In this document: positions 49,907 to 63,264 of the stretch, piece after piece
Layout: each line of letters begins with the position of its first letter
How positions within the stretch are numbered: the stretch's first letter is position 1
NCBI GenBank assembly: GCA_964016885.1
Contig: OZ024746.1
Coordinates: 21,638,001-21,702,000 of the forward strand
Direction of reading: 5' to 3'
Source of the DNA: Eledone cirrhosa
Taxonomy: Eukaryota
DNA length: 64,000 bases
Notes under the pieces: model-generated
The model's input: only the letters and a program-made list of their open reading frames with translations
Databases searched by the model: none
What the model was told of the DNA's origin: nothing
Program-made: the position numbers and the translations under genes

Positions 49907-50017
49907 TTTTGAGGACGAAAGGAAAGCATGGACTTTTAGAGGGATTCTATGAAGATATCATTCCAAGCAGAATATCGATTGGGTGTTTTATACAGGTGTT
50001 TTTACAAGGAACCCACA
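49907..50017 (+). CDS. Candidate 111-nt internal coding exon (phase 1-1), product unknown
   Basis: Acceptor atttgtgcag, donor gtaagt; only the phase-1 frame is open: (V)LRTKGKHGLLEGFYEDIIPSRISIGCFIQVFLQGTH; not matched to any repeat in the window. Confidence 0.35.
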
Positions 50018-50369
50018 GTAAGTAGTGACAGGCAGAGAAAAATGTTTTTTAGAATGATTTGGCTTTCAGCATTTAAAGCACTTTATAAATATCTTTCAGT
50101 CAACTCACATAAAAACTTCCACATTGATGGTTGTTTTGTGTTATATCTTAATTACAGTTATATCAATATATAATATCAGTCAATAAAAAAAATGCCAGTC
50201 TAGTACTGGGGTCAATTCTCCCTCTATATCTCTTTCTTACTTCCTTTCTCTCACTCTCTTTATCCTTCTCAAGGAGAAATATGCTGTATTCAGACCTGGA
50301 AAGGAGATAAGCTTCACAAAGTTTTTAAAAAAGATGCCCTAAGAAATGTTGTATGTTAATATGGTGCTC

Positions 50370-50740
50370 ATAACATGAAATATTGCTTGATTTATGATCA
50401 TAATGTTATCAGTTCAATTCCTGGACAGGGTGCTGCTTTGTGTTCTTGAGTAAAATACTTTATTTCACATTGCTAAAATACACTCAGATAAGAGTGAGTA
50501 ACAGTAATAGTTGGGGAGTTAAACCTGTGATAGACTAACATCTTGACCAGGGAGAGTCTTGTATGTTGCTTAATGTCAAGGAAACCAGGGAAAAGCACCA
50601 GCCTGATGAGCCTCCAGGCTTAGAAAAGACTAAATCTGAGATGGACTGGCATCTTGACCAGGGAGAGTCTTCTAGCACTCAGTCATTTAGCATCAACGAA
50701 ACCGTGGGTAAGCACTGGCATAATCAGCTTTCGGCTTAGA
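50370..50740 (+). mobile_element. SINE family B with duplicated tail
   Basis: AGTTCAATTCCTGG, GTGTTCTTGAGTAAAATACTTTATTTC; CATCTTGACCAGGGAGAGTCTT occurs twice. Confidence 0.7.
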
Positions 50741-50946
50741 ATAAACTTTAATGTTGTTGCAGATATCAATGAAAATTTCACTCACAATTTGCATGAGAAT
50801 TTCTTAGCTGAGCTAGCAATCTATGAACTCATACAGCTTGATGTATCGCCTTGTAAAATGTTATATTTCAGGTATCAACCTACAGACGTTCAAGTGAAAC
50901 AGCAACTATATTGATCTCACCTATCTAGAGATTATCTATAGAGATT

Positions 50947-51240
50947 ATCATCATCCCCATTTAACATTCATTTTCCATGCTAGCATGGGTTAGATGGTGT
51001 GTCCTGTTATGAGTGGAGTCAGATCAGATGATTGTGTCTTGCCCATACAGAATTGTTCCTGGCTTGGTTTCTACAATTGGATGCCCTTCCAAAGACCAAC
51101 CACATTTAGAGTGTGGACTGGGTGCTTTTCATCATGGCACCAACACAACCACTTTACAGAGTGGACTGTATGCTTTTTGTAGTGACATCAATATGACCAC
51201 TTTAAAGTGTATACTGGGTGCTTTTGTTGTGTCACCAAAA
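50947..51240 (-). mobile_element. RTE-type 3' UTR fragment with three ~48-nt subrepeats
   Basis: CCATGCTAGCATGGGTTAGA..GGATGCCCTTCC; ACCACTTTA.AG.GTG.ACTG x3. Confidence 0.7.
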
Positions 51241-51751
51241 CAACAACATGGATGTTTATATTCAAACTCTGATTAAACCGTAAAAATCAGAAATATATTA
51301 AGAATTCTACAGTAAATTGAAGCAAATAAAATTATGTGCCTAGCCCAGGAAAACAAAATAATAAATGCAGCAAGGTTTGAACTCATAATTATGTTGTCAA
51401 TAGTATAGCACTAAGTGTTTCATTATGTTTGATAACTATATGATCAGCAATCCTGTAACTTGTGTCTCAAATTAGGATTAAATAAAATAAGATAAAATAA
51501 GAAAGAAAAAGATACAAAACTCCTGAATAGATGTGTGAAGTCTTGGATTAAGAATATATAAACAAAACCTGATTGACAATCTGTTATCGTATCACTGATT
51601 AGCTGTTAGGTAAGTCAACTGTCTATTGAATGAAGTTTCTGTTTTTAATCACAGCAATCACATTGGGTTAAGAAAACGTTTACTTCCTGTCATCAGAGAA
51701 AATATCTAACTAGCTTCTTGGAAGTCTACTTTTATTATTGCTGATATTGGT

Positions 51752-51980
51752 AGGGCAGTGGATTGGCAGAATCAGTACAGTGTCAGACAACATGCTTTGC
51801 TGTATATAGTTACATTCTGAATTCAAATCCCGCCAAGGTTAGCTTTGCCTTTCATCCTTACAGGGTCGATAAAATAAAGTAATAATAATCATGCACTGGG
51901 GTTGATGTAATCGACTTTTCCCTTCCCCCCAAAAAAAAATCGCTGGCCTTGTGCCTAAATCAGAAACCATTATTATTATT
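51752..51980 (+). mobile_element. SINE family A
   Basis: Head, core and tail; shares its ATT tail with the opposing LINE end. Confidence 0.85.
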
Positions 51981-52357
51981 GTTTTGCACAAATAAATTAG
52001 AATCTTTGTCCTTAAGGTCAGGTTACAACTTGTTTCTTTAGAGTTCAAGGATTTTTCTAAGGATTCTTACTGTCCTCAGTAAGGCAAACTTTTGGATCAA
52101 TGCTACATTTGTAGTTACTCTTATGTCTTTCTGGAATTTTTCTATTCTGTTGGTAAAAGTCCCCAACACACCTTTAACAATGGGGGTTACTTTTACAGAG
52201 ACATCCCACAATCTCCTCATCTCCCTAGTAAAACCCCGGAACTTTTCAATCATTTCCTGCTCCCTTTTGGTCACATTTGTGTAAGCCAGAATGGCTATGT
52301 CAACTATTATACATACTTGTGACACTGTCTATAATCACTATGTCAAGTCTTCTAGCC
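51981..52357 (-). mobile_element. R4/Dong-type LINE 3' end (RLE domain)
   Basis: RRLDIVII..SQVCIIVDIAILAYTNVTKREQEMIEKF...REMRRLW..PIVKGVLG; ends GCAAAACAATAATAAT. Confidence 0.85.
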
Positions 52358-52614
52358 TTAGAACATAAAGGGACATAACTCTGTGCTGCAAAGCATGGTG
52401 TCCAGCACTCTAACAATACTACTAATCCATAAAAAATAATATATTTTGATTACCACAAAGAACCATATGTTTATGGAAATGGCATGTTGTGATATTCAAA
52501 TGTTATTCGCCAAAGCATTAGCAGAATAATGAAGTGGTTAGAAATGAAAATTGAAAGTGCAGTGGCTGGCCAGGAGATTATGTTCTGCTCCATTTATGTT
52601 AGCTCTAAAAACTA

Positions 52615-52632
52615 ATGATGATGGTGGTAGTG

Positions 52633-52669
<37 letters not shown>

Positions 52670-52685
52670 CAGCAGTAGTAGTAGC

Positions 52686-52735
<50 letters not shown>

Positions 52736-52757
52736 CAGCAGTAGTAGTAGCAGTAGT
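52615..52757. repeat. (TAG)n trinucleotide repeat
   Basis: Direct reading of the sequence. Confidence 0.97.
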
Positions 52758-53159
52758 TAATGGATGCAATGCAACTGAAAATGCTTGGCCATTAATCATT
52801 CTAGAGTGAGCCTAGTGCTTAACATGAGGTCTTTTTTCATTTCTGTATTGAAACCAACCAGCAATAGCAACAGAAACCTTGTGGTAAACAGCTACCAGTA
52901 AATGATGCTGTCATGCAGCTGCAATTTACAGAATCAAATACTGCAGATAAAGACAAAAATCTTGTAATTCTTATACATTTTGTTTTGTCACTGCGATATA
53001 AAATAAAAAACGTGAAAAAAATTATTTTTATATGAAAAAGATACTTTTTAAATAATATAAATACCAATATTCTTTGAAATTTTTTTTTGTGTAATATAAA
53101 AATTTTGTTTATATTTTAACTTTTGTTCCTACTTCTACTCCCATATTTTACTGGTATTC

Positions 53160-54012
<853 letters not shown>

Positions 54013-54634
54013 ATGTATTATATTTGTTTCTTTTTAATTTCACAAAATGAAAATAAATTAGAAAAGAACACCCACACAGTGAAATGACAAAAAAGCATGA
54101 AAGAAATAGAAAATAGAGAAATCTCTGTGGGATATTGGCATCTTTTATAAAAGGTGAATCATGGTTAAAAGATTAGTTATTTAGTTATTTTTTGGCAACC
54201 ATAGTGTGATTGTTTAGTAAGAGGAGGACATTATACATTTTTTTCACTTCAGATACAAAAGTTTTAGCCTTGCCAAGTTTTTATTACTTGTATTTTTATC
54301 AATATTAATGAGAGCTTGTGTGATTTATTTTCCTTAATGGAGTGTTGATTTAATGATATGCATGTATATGTGTTAGTGTGCATATATACACACATATATG
54401 CATATATGTGCATGTCTATGTGTGTGTATGTGTATACAACAATGTAAATATACATGCATATCATTAAGTCAATACTCCATTAAGGAAATATATATAAAAT
54501 AGTACAAACTAGTGCAGTCTTCATTCTTTTATACACTGGCTTGTATGAGTTTTAGCTAGTGATGTTTTTACTGAAAGTATTTATTGTAAACCACTTTGAC
54601 CCTAACATCTATTAAAACACCTACACACATATAT

Positions 54635-55072
54635 ATCATCATCATCACTGTTTTATGTCCGTTCTTCCATGCTAGCATGGGTTAGACGGGTTGTCCTGTT
54701 GTGGACAGTGTCTGGTCGGCTGGCCATGCCTTGCTCATACAGGAACTTGATTTCTACAGCTGGATGCCCTTCCTAACACCAACCTCATTTACAGTGAGTG
54801 CTGGGTGCTTTTTTCCGTGGCGCCTACACGTCCACTTTACAGTGTGGGCTGGGTGCCTTTTTGCCGTGGCACCTCCACGACCACTTTGCAGTGGGAGGGT
54901 GTGGGGGCATATTGTCTATATGCTTCAGCTTGTACCCATGGGAGGTTGGGTACTCTGTATTACTGCGTGACACCAGAGGTCACGGTTGTGTGTCATTGCC
55001 TTTGAGAGGTGTAATTGGGTAAGGTCGGCTTTTATCCCCTCATCCCAGGTCTTCTTGGGTCTCCCCACTCCG

Positions 55073-55073
<1 letters not shown>
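54635..55073 (-). mobile_element. RTE family 2 3' end
   Basis: RGVGRPKKTWDEGIKADLTQLHLSKAMTHNRDLWCHAVI, 3' UTR, (GAT)n tail. Confidence 0.92.
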
Positions 55074-55103
<30 letters not shown>

Positions 55104-55106
<3 letters not shown>

Positions 55107-56075
55107 CGTTTCTGAATTTGTTTAGCAAGATTCTTTATCTGAAAACGTGTGTTGAAACCGATATTGTTATACTTTGGGAGGGTCATGTTGCCAATAAGAA
55201 ACACAAGCACCAGTTGCTTTCACTTCAATTTATTATAATAAATTTATAAATTTAGGAAGTTATAAATTTCCGGTTGGTTGGTTGGTTTCACAACCAGATG
55301 ATTGTTTATATATTGTCAAAGTTCTTTCGTCACACATTCTGTGACCTTTTCAGTGACTGGGGATTCTTTTCTTTGTTTTTGTGCCTCTCCTTTGTTCTGT
55401 CCTACGCCATCCTGTTGTGTGCTTAGTTTGAGCATGTGTTACATCCGGGTGTCTGTGTGTGTTTATATTTGTTTATTTATTTGTTTATTTACATGTTACT
55501 GGTTGGTTGTTTGTTCTATGTGCGTGTGTGTTTTCATTTTGTCCTTAATTGTAAGTTGTGATGTTGCATCTTTTAAAAGACGCATTGTTTAGACAAGTCA
55601 CAGAGGCAATAAACATAAATGAACTCCAACCAAAATTAAATAGAAAACATGGAACAGCAACATCACAACTTACAATTAAGGACAAAATGAAAACACACAT
55701 GCACATAGAATAAACAACCAACCAGTAACATGTAAATAAACAAATAAATAAACAAATATAAACAAACACAGACACCCGGATGTAACACATGCGCAAACTA
55801 AGCACACAACACAAACAAAAACAAGATGGCGTAGGACAGAACAAAGAAGAGGCACAAAAACAAAGAAAAGAATCCCCAGCCACTGAAGAGGTCACAGAAT
55901 GTGTGACGAATGAACTTTGACAATATATAAACAATCATCTGGTTGTGGAACCAACCAACCAACCGGAAATTTATAAATTCCTAAATTTATAAATTTATTA
56001 TAATAAATTGAAGTGAAAGCAACTGGTGTGTGTGTTTCTTATTGGCAACATGACCCTCCCAAAGTATAACAATAT
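55104..56075. mobile_element. Penelope-like inverted pseudo-LTR element (copy 2)
   Basis: Arms 55161-55567 / 55657-56075; spacer KDALFRQVTEAININELQPKLNRK; same tail, junction and end as 39193-40113. Confidence 0.85.
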
Positions 56076-56092
56076 ATATATATAAATATATA

Positions 56093-56199
56093 TATTGAGT
56101 AAAATGACAGGAGGCTGGACTGGTGAAATTCCTTAAAGATGTTTATAATAAATCTTTAAAGAATTTCACCAGTCCAGCCTCCTGTCATTTTACTCAATA
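56093..56199. repeat. Hairpin: 48-bp arms (1 mismatch), 11-nt loop
   Basis: TATTGAGTAAAATGACAGGAGGCTGGACTGGTGAAATTC.TTAAAGAT and its reverse complement. Confidence 0.95.
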
Positions 56200-56374
56200 A
56201 TAATTAACTTCGTTCTCACACCACCAACAATATTCAACATAAACGAAGATGGGTAAGTTGCATTACATCGAGTGCTTTTCCTAATATTACATCACGGTTG
56301 ACTATACAGAATGACCAGTTCTATCCAGTGGTGAACCAACAAACCTAAATGAATATATATATATGTATATAACA

Positions 56375-56520
56375 AAGCAGGTCTGGTAAGATACCAGGTG
56401 GACCATAATGCACCAGAGTACTCAATACTTAGGGTAGTAGAGTGGGTAATAGGAAAAGGGTCAAGACCCCGACGGCAGAGCTCCAGCCATTTCGACAGCT
56501 AGATCCAAACTAGTTCTCTC
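56375..56520 (-). mobile_element. Probable Penelope pLTR remnant with the 3' half of a hammerhead
   Basis: Minus strand GAGAACTAG-tttggat-CTAGCTGTC GAAA TGGC..GCCG TC, then ATTGAGTAC motif. Confidence 0.45.
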
Positions 56521-56529
56521 TCTCTCTCT

Positions 56530-56569
<40 letters not shown>

Positions 56570-56619
56570 CATTTGCATGTGCAAATGTTTGTGTGTATAT
56601 TCAGAGTGGGTGTTGAAAA

Positions 56620-57500
56620 CAGACAATTAAACTGACCCCAATGCATTACTGGTACTGTATTTTATCAATTCCTTAAGGATGAAAGGCAAAGCTAACCTCG
56701 GTAGGATTTGAACTCAGAACGTAAAGGGACATAACTATGTGCTACAAAGCATGTTGTCCGACACTACTGATACTGCCAATCCACCACTCAACAAAACAAT
56801 AATAATGGTTTCTGATTTAAGCACAAGGCCAACAATTTTGGGGAGAGGAATGTCGATTAAATCAACCCTCCAGTACATTGTTGGTACTTTGTTTTATGGA
56901 CGCTGTAAGGAAGAAAAGCAAAGCTAACCACAGCAGGATTTAGACTCAGAAGACAAAGGGCCATAACTGTATGCTGCAAAGCATGTGTCCGATGCTCTGC
57001 CAATAATGCCAATCCACTAAATAATAATATTTGTTTCTATATTTGGTAAAAGACCAACAATTTGAAGAGAAGGGGAAAATCAATTAAATTGAGCCCAGTG
57101 CATTACTGGTACTTTACTTTATAAACCCCATAAGGATGAAAGGCAAAGCTGACCTTGGCAGGATTTGAACTCATAATGTAAATGAACATAACTATATGCC
57201 ACAAAGCATGTTTTCCAACACTCTACCCATACTGCCAATCCAACACCCCAATCTACCATATAATAATTGTTTCTACTTTAGGCACAACCCAGTGCATTAC
57301 TGGTACTTTATTCTATCGACCCCGGAAGGATGAAAGGCAAAGTTAACCTCGGCGGGATTACCATATAATAATTGTTTCTACGTTAGGCACAAGACCAGCA
57401 ATTACCCAGTGCATTACTGGTACTTTATTCTATCGACCCCGTAAGGATGAAAGGCAAAGTTAACCTCGGCGGGATTTGAACTCAGAATGGCAAGGGCCGT
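56620..57500 (-). mobile_element. Array of five SINE family A copies
   Basis: Repeated units; TACCATATAAT target copies at 57254 and 57359. Confidence 0.9.
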
Positions 57501-57699
57501 AGACAATATCACCTGCATTTGGAGTTTTTTCTAAACCACATTGTATTAATATATCCAACAGCAGCCTTTACAGAATGTATTTGGTGACATAATAACATAA
57601 CATATTTCCTGAGATAAAATACTCTGCAGTGTTCATTTTATCTTCTACCTGTCTTAGATATTAAGAATATGAAGATACTATGGAAGTTTAGCATATAGA

Positions 57700-57815
57700 G
57701 AGATTGCTATCTGACACAAAATAAGACATATTATTTTCCTTAATGATATTGAAAATAGTGAAACAACAATACAAGATGATATTAACATTGTACAAATGTG
57801 GATTAAAAGTTTATG
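57700..57815 (+). mobile_element. Possible CR1/L2 RT remnant
   Basis: SDTKI and ETTIQDDINIVQMW resemble the YADDTK...LQ.DL....W motif. Confidence 0.3.
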
Positions 57816-58779
57816 GAACTGGACCAACTTAGATGTTAAAGGGCCGAAAAACTTACATTGAAGGGCAGCGGGGTTCTTCTTTGAAGAACCTTCTACTGTC
57901 CAGCTCTCCTCAGAGTTTCTTATTATTTAAATTGAAACATTATGGTAGTTAAGCAATGTATTTATCAACCCATTTTTAATTGGTACAAATGAAATGATAA
58001 ACAACCATGTCTATAAAGAGACATTAACAGCTTATCTATAAAGATAAACATAGGTACTCTCCAGAAAATAACTATACCAGAGTTTGTTGGAGGTATAATA
58101 AATGTAAACATGTTTCTGCATGTTTTTTTGCAATATATATCTAATTCTTTTTGAGGCAAGGGAACTTTTGGTGTATTTCTCCAACTATATTAGGAAAGGA
58201 AAAGAGCCAATGATCAGACCAGCTCTTTTCTTTTATAAATATTAAAGAGAATAATAACATTAAAAATAATAAGAATATTAATAATAATAATGGTTTCTTT
58301 TATTGTCACAAGGATGACAAGTGAGGAACATTACAAAGCATGAAAACAATGGGGAGTTTACACTGAGTGTGAAACGAAATGAAACTAAAAGAACAAAAGT
58401 ATACAATGAAATGAAATATGAATAAATTATATGTATATGACTGTGTGAAAACCTGTTGTGAGAGTGTGAGTGCATGTGTGTGTGTGTCAGTGCATATTTA
58501 TGTAAATCTATGTGTTGAATTGCATCATTTTATGTCAATAAGATAAGGTAGCCATTCTGATAAATATAGATAAATACCAGGCTGAAATAAGCACTGGAGT
58601 TGATACGATTAACTAAAACTTTTGAAAACAATTCTGCAGTATGACTAAACTCTAATGACAGAAACTAAGTGCTAAAGGAATATTATACACCAAGAACTAC
58701 ACTAAAAGCAATGTATCGGGTTAATTACTTCTACTAAATGTAAATCAATATGAATAACATTCTAAAAAATCTAAAATCT

Positions 58780-59036
58780 GTCTCTAGCCCAGAGGTTCAT
58801 CAAGTCGATGCTTATCTTGGTTTTTGTGACATTAAGCAACTGAGAGTACACGACCTCCCCCACCCCCTCTGAGCAGGTTTAAATACCCAGCTACTGCTGG
58901 TACTCATTTTCAGCTGAGTATACTGGAGCAAAGTGAAATGAAGTGTTTTGCTCAAGAACACAACACACAACCCATTCCAGGAATCAAACCCACAACATTA
59001 TGATCATAAGTCTTACCACTAGGCCAAATGCCTCCA
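58780..59036 (-). mobile_element. SINE family B, full length
   Basis: GCTACTGCTGGTACTCATTTTCAGCTGAGT..GGAGCAAAGTGAAATGAAGTG..CTCAAGAACAC..ACCACTAGGCC. Confidence 0.8.
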
Positions 59037-59431
59037 CATGAATAACATTGGGCTTAGATAATAAACATATAAACAAAAATCTAACAGCAATACAACAGCC
59101 TTCTATTCTTACTATCCATTATTAAGATTATTAAATACAACTGAATGGGCCACAATGGAAGTTGCACATAGCCTTATGCAAAAAGTAAAATGGAACCATT
59201 ATTTTCATTCACATTCAATCATATTAGAGATATGACTAAGAATATATAAAATCCCTTCATTTTGCTACAGTAATTGGTTTTTCTATTGTTTCATTTTATA
59301 AATAATTCTTTTCCATGTTAAATTATTCAGTTTCTTATATCTATTTATTTATTATAATCATCTTTAATATTGTCATTATGGTTAAAAGCAAGCATTATTG
59401 GCTACCATATTTGGCAATAGCAGCTACAGAC

Positions 59432-60195
59432 AGTTACTGCTAATAATGGTTTCTACTTTAGGCACAAGGCCAGCAATTACCCAGTGCATTACTTGGACAT
59501 AGCCAGCAATATGTGGGGAGGAGAAGTCAATTATATCAAACCAGTACTTAACTGGTACTTTATTTTATTGATCCCAGAAGGATGAAAGGCAAAGTTGACT
59601 CCTTTGGAATTTGAACTCAGAGCAGGAAGAACTGTAACTAAATGCTGCAAAGCATTTTGTCCTATGCTCTAATGGTTTTGCCAATCCACCACCCTTAGTT
59701 GCTACTAATAATTGTTTCTTCTTTCGGCACAAGGTCAGCAATTACCCAGTGCATTACTGGTACTTTATTTTATCGACCCCGTAAGGATGAAAGGCAAAGT
59801 TAACATCGACGGGATTTGAACTCAGAGTGGCAAGGGCCGTAACTCTATGCGTCAAAGCATGGCGTCCGACCCTCTACCGATACTGCCAATTCACCGCCTT
59901 AGTTGTTACTAATAATGGTTTATGTTACTAATGGTTGAATGTTACTAATAATTACTTAGTTGCTACTAATAATGGTTTCTGATATAGGCAACAATTTTAA
60001 GGGAAGGGAAAGTCGATTAAATCGTTCACACTGCATTACTGGTACTTTATTTTATAAACCCCATAAGGATAAATGTCTAAGCTAACTTTGGTGGGATTTG
60101 AAATCAGAATGTAAAGAGACACAACTATATGCATGTTGTCTGATGCTCTACCAGAACAGTCAATCCACTGCCCTTAGTTGCTACAAATAATGGTT
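59432..60195 (-). mobile_element. Array of SINE family A copies separated by a repeated ~20-nt target
   Basis: CTTAGTTG(C/T)TAC(T/A)AATAAT at 59694, 59898, 59955, 60173 (variant at 59432). Confidence 0.9.
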
Positions 60196-62520
60196 GCTAT
60201 TACAACCAACCAACTAAGTGTCAATTATGAACAATTATGTACAAGTAATTTACTGGGATCACAGGCAGAATGTAGACTCTGTGATTGGCAATTGTACAGG
60301 ATCAGTAAGCAGTAAGTGCACACATGAAAAGTTCTTTAGAAGTAGTTGTTAGTTGGTTTTTTTTATCTAACTGACCTAATTAGCAGTGAAGGTAGGTATT
60401 CTAAAAGAATGGTGAGTACTTTTTAGTCATGCAAAATTCAAAGAAATTTCCTGGTGTTAACATTTTGATAAAATGCATCCAGTATACTCTGTAAAGTGGT
60501 TGGTGCGCAAACAGTCAATGTAGTCCATTAGTTCTACTGAGGACATTAGACATTCTCTAGTCCTTGTGCACCCTAAAATGTATTTAGTGACTCTGTAAAG
60601 TTGTTGATTTTAGGAAGAGCTTCCAAAATGGTTATCCAAAATGGTTATCTAACCTATTTAGTTTTGGACTCACACACACTAGCGTGCAAAGTGAATGTAA
60701 AATGATGACAGTGATGATAATGACTAATTCTTTGGGAAAAGAACACACTACAACTCTTATTACATGTTACAGTTAATAAAAAATAATCAACAATGATAGA
60801 TGCCAACTGTTACAGGCAATCAAGTATTTGATACTTGACTTTATTTATTTACACCACATATGATTCCGAGTTCTGAATCTGTATCATGTTTCTGGTATTC
60901 TGCTGTGGCTTAGACAATTACCCTTCTACTCCTTATCAAATAACAGAATATTGACAATGACTTGCAAGTTTTAAATGTCAAATTCACTATGATGTAGCAG
61001 TTTCCAGTGAGGGATAACTTTCTTTTTATACCAATCGGTGGGAAATTCAATATAGATTCTAGAGTAGTAGTTCTTAACATGTTTCTGCCATTGAACATTT
61101 GATTAGATAATATATATCAAGTGAAATAGATTTATTGAAGATACCAAACCATTTCATAGTCTAGAAACCATAAATTATTTTGTTGCCTCCTTTATTCGAT
61201 ATTGATAAAATAGTAAAAATTCAGTAAGATCTTAGTACAAATTAAGTTTTAATGTTTGGCCCAAACACCTTAAAATGGTTCATCTAGAAAAACTTAATTA
61301 TATCTATTCATAACAAGAATAGTTTGGTATGGTGGTCATTGATATAATTGGTGCAAAATATGGTATTGATATGTAAGTTTCTATCATGGCACAAGCTCAC
61401 AAGAGTTTAGTACTGCAAGCTAACAAAATACTCTTCCATTGCTCATAGCAATAAGCTGTACTTTAAAAAAAAGCTATCTATTCACTATAAAAGTAAAATT
61501 CTATGATAATAGGCACAGCACAGTCCTGATAATATTGACCTTTCTATCAACCAGTGATCCGAAGCTTTATAGTCTCAGCAGCTCACTGAATTAAGGTAAT
61601 AGTAAATAAGAGTTCAGTTTCTGTTCACAAATCACTGAACAGTAAAATAAAACACAATATACAAACAGCATATCTTAAGGGACAGTCCACCTCATGGTCC
61701 CGGCATTATTGTTATTTAAGTGTCCTTATTCTTAAAATAAACCCCTCTCAATGTTGAGCATCAAAATAATATATTGACATTCATTAGTATAATCAGCATC
61801 ATGTGGTTTACTTTAGCAAGAATAGAAATCAATATTCCAATAATACAGCTGGGGTTAAATCAAAACTGCTATGCAAATATTATTACAATTATTGTTGTTT
61901 TATTTTTAAATGTTTGTTTTTTACCCTTCTCATTAATTCCAATTTTAATCAACTTGTATTTAATTTTATATTCTATCTATTTACATATGCATTTACTTAT
62001 ATATTTACATTTTTATTTTTCTATATTTACTCATACAAATACTATGAATGAGATCTTGTCACAGTTTGATGAATGACATTCAACTTAACTTATTCTAATC
62101 CCCAAAATGTTTATCACAATTTCTGCATCATTTATCAAATAGATGTCTGGGGATTTCTAGTAAAAAAAGACAAAAAAACATTAATGTCTTCTAAAACACA
62201 AGGGATTTTTTTTTTTAAATGTATAGTGAGGCTTTTCTCGGGCTTTATAAAATTTGCACATGAAATATAAATCTCCCACTAGGCAACCTATCTCAAGGAA
62301 TATTTCCAGACAATTTAATGCATATTCCTAACAATTAGATGAAATGAAGCACATAGAAATACGTGTGCTGGCCAAATACAGAACAAACCAAAATTCCTGC
62401 AGTGAATTGGAATTGAAGCTCTATGAGCTGGTAGCCAAACATGCTATTTCAGCCATTTTTCTTCTCTATTTGAAAAAGAAAGAGCTTGTTGAAGATAAAA
62501 GGGAACTGGAAATAATGAAA

Positions 62521-62523
<3 letters not shown>

Positions 62524-62593
<70 letters not shown>
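62524..62593. repeat. (TA)n microsatellite
   Basis: Direct reading of the sequence. Confidence 0.98.
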
Positions 62594-62597
<4 letters not shown>

Positions 62598-63264
62598 GCA
62601 AGAAAGGAAAGAATTATAGATAAGTTTAAATAATAGAGAAAATAGAATAAAAAAGTGAATGAAAAGTATTTTTGCAATGCTGAATAGAAAATACAAAATG
62701 AGTTAGGAAGAAATAAAAAGCTGCATAGGAATGGAAAAAAATAAGAGATATGGTACAAAGGGTTATTGAATGAAAAGGAATAAAAGAACAGATCAAAGAA
62801 AAATGAAAGAATGTGTGAAAGAAAATATAAAGCAGAAGATATAATATACTCGTATATAAGGAAAGGATTGAAAATATAGAAATCTAAATTTCACCCAAAT
62901 CCCCATGGACTTTTACAAACTAGAGTTTATCGGTTATTTTTCTGATTATATTTGTTTAAGAGATACATTCCCATCTTCTCTATAAGATGTTAGTATATCA
63001 TTGGCAATATTCTTGGATTATCTGATATCTTTCCCTATAGCTATGTGAATAAAAGACACACAAAATAGCTACTGCCTCGGAATATTCTGAAATTACAAAT
63101 AGGTTTCTATCTAAAGATATAGTAATCCTAAGAAATTTCAACATTATGGATTTAGAAATATAGTTTTTGATCATTGTTGCTGCTATTGCTGTTGGTTTTC
63201 TTGTTTTTTATTTGATCCCAGGTCAGTTCTGGTTGAGCAGAACTAAAATCACAAGTATCCAGCC

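Noticed and set aside
52837-52942. Cys-rich minus-strand segment VNCSCMTASFTGSC after a good acceptor (EGF-like)
   Set aside because: Cys spacing does not fit EGF, donor is weak, and no partner exons were found
59432-60195. CRISPR array
   Set aside because: Eukaryotic context, no cas genes; the spacers are 180-250 bp SINE copies and the repeats are target-site copies
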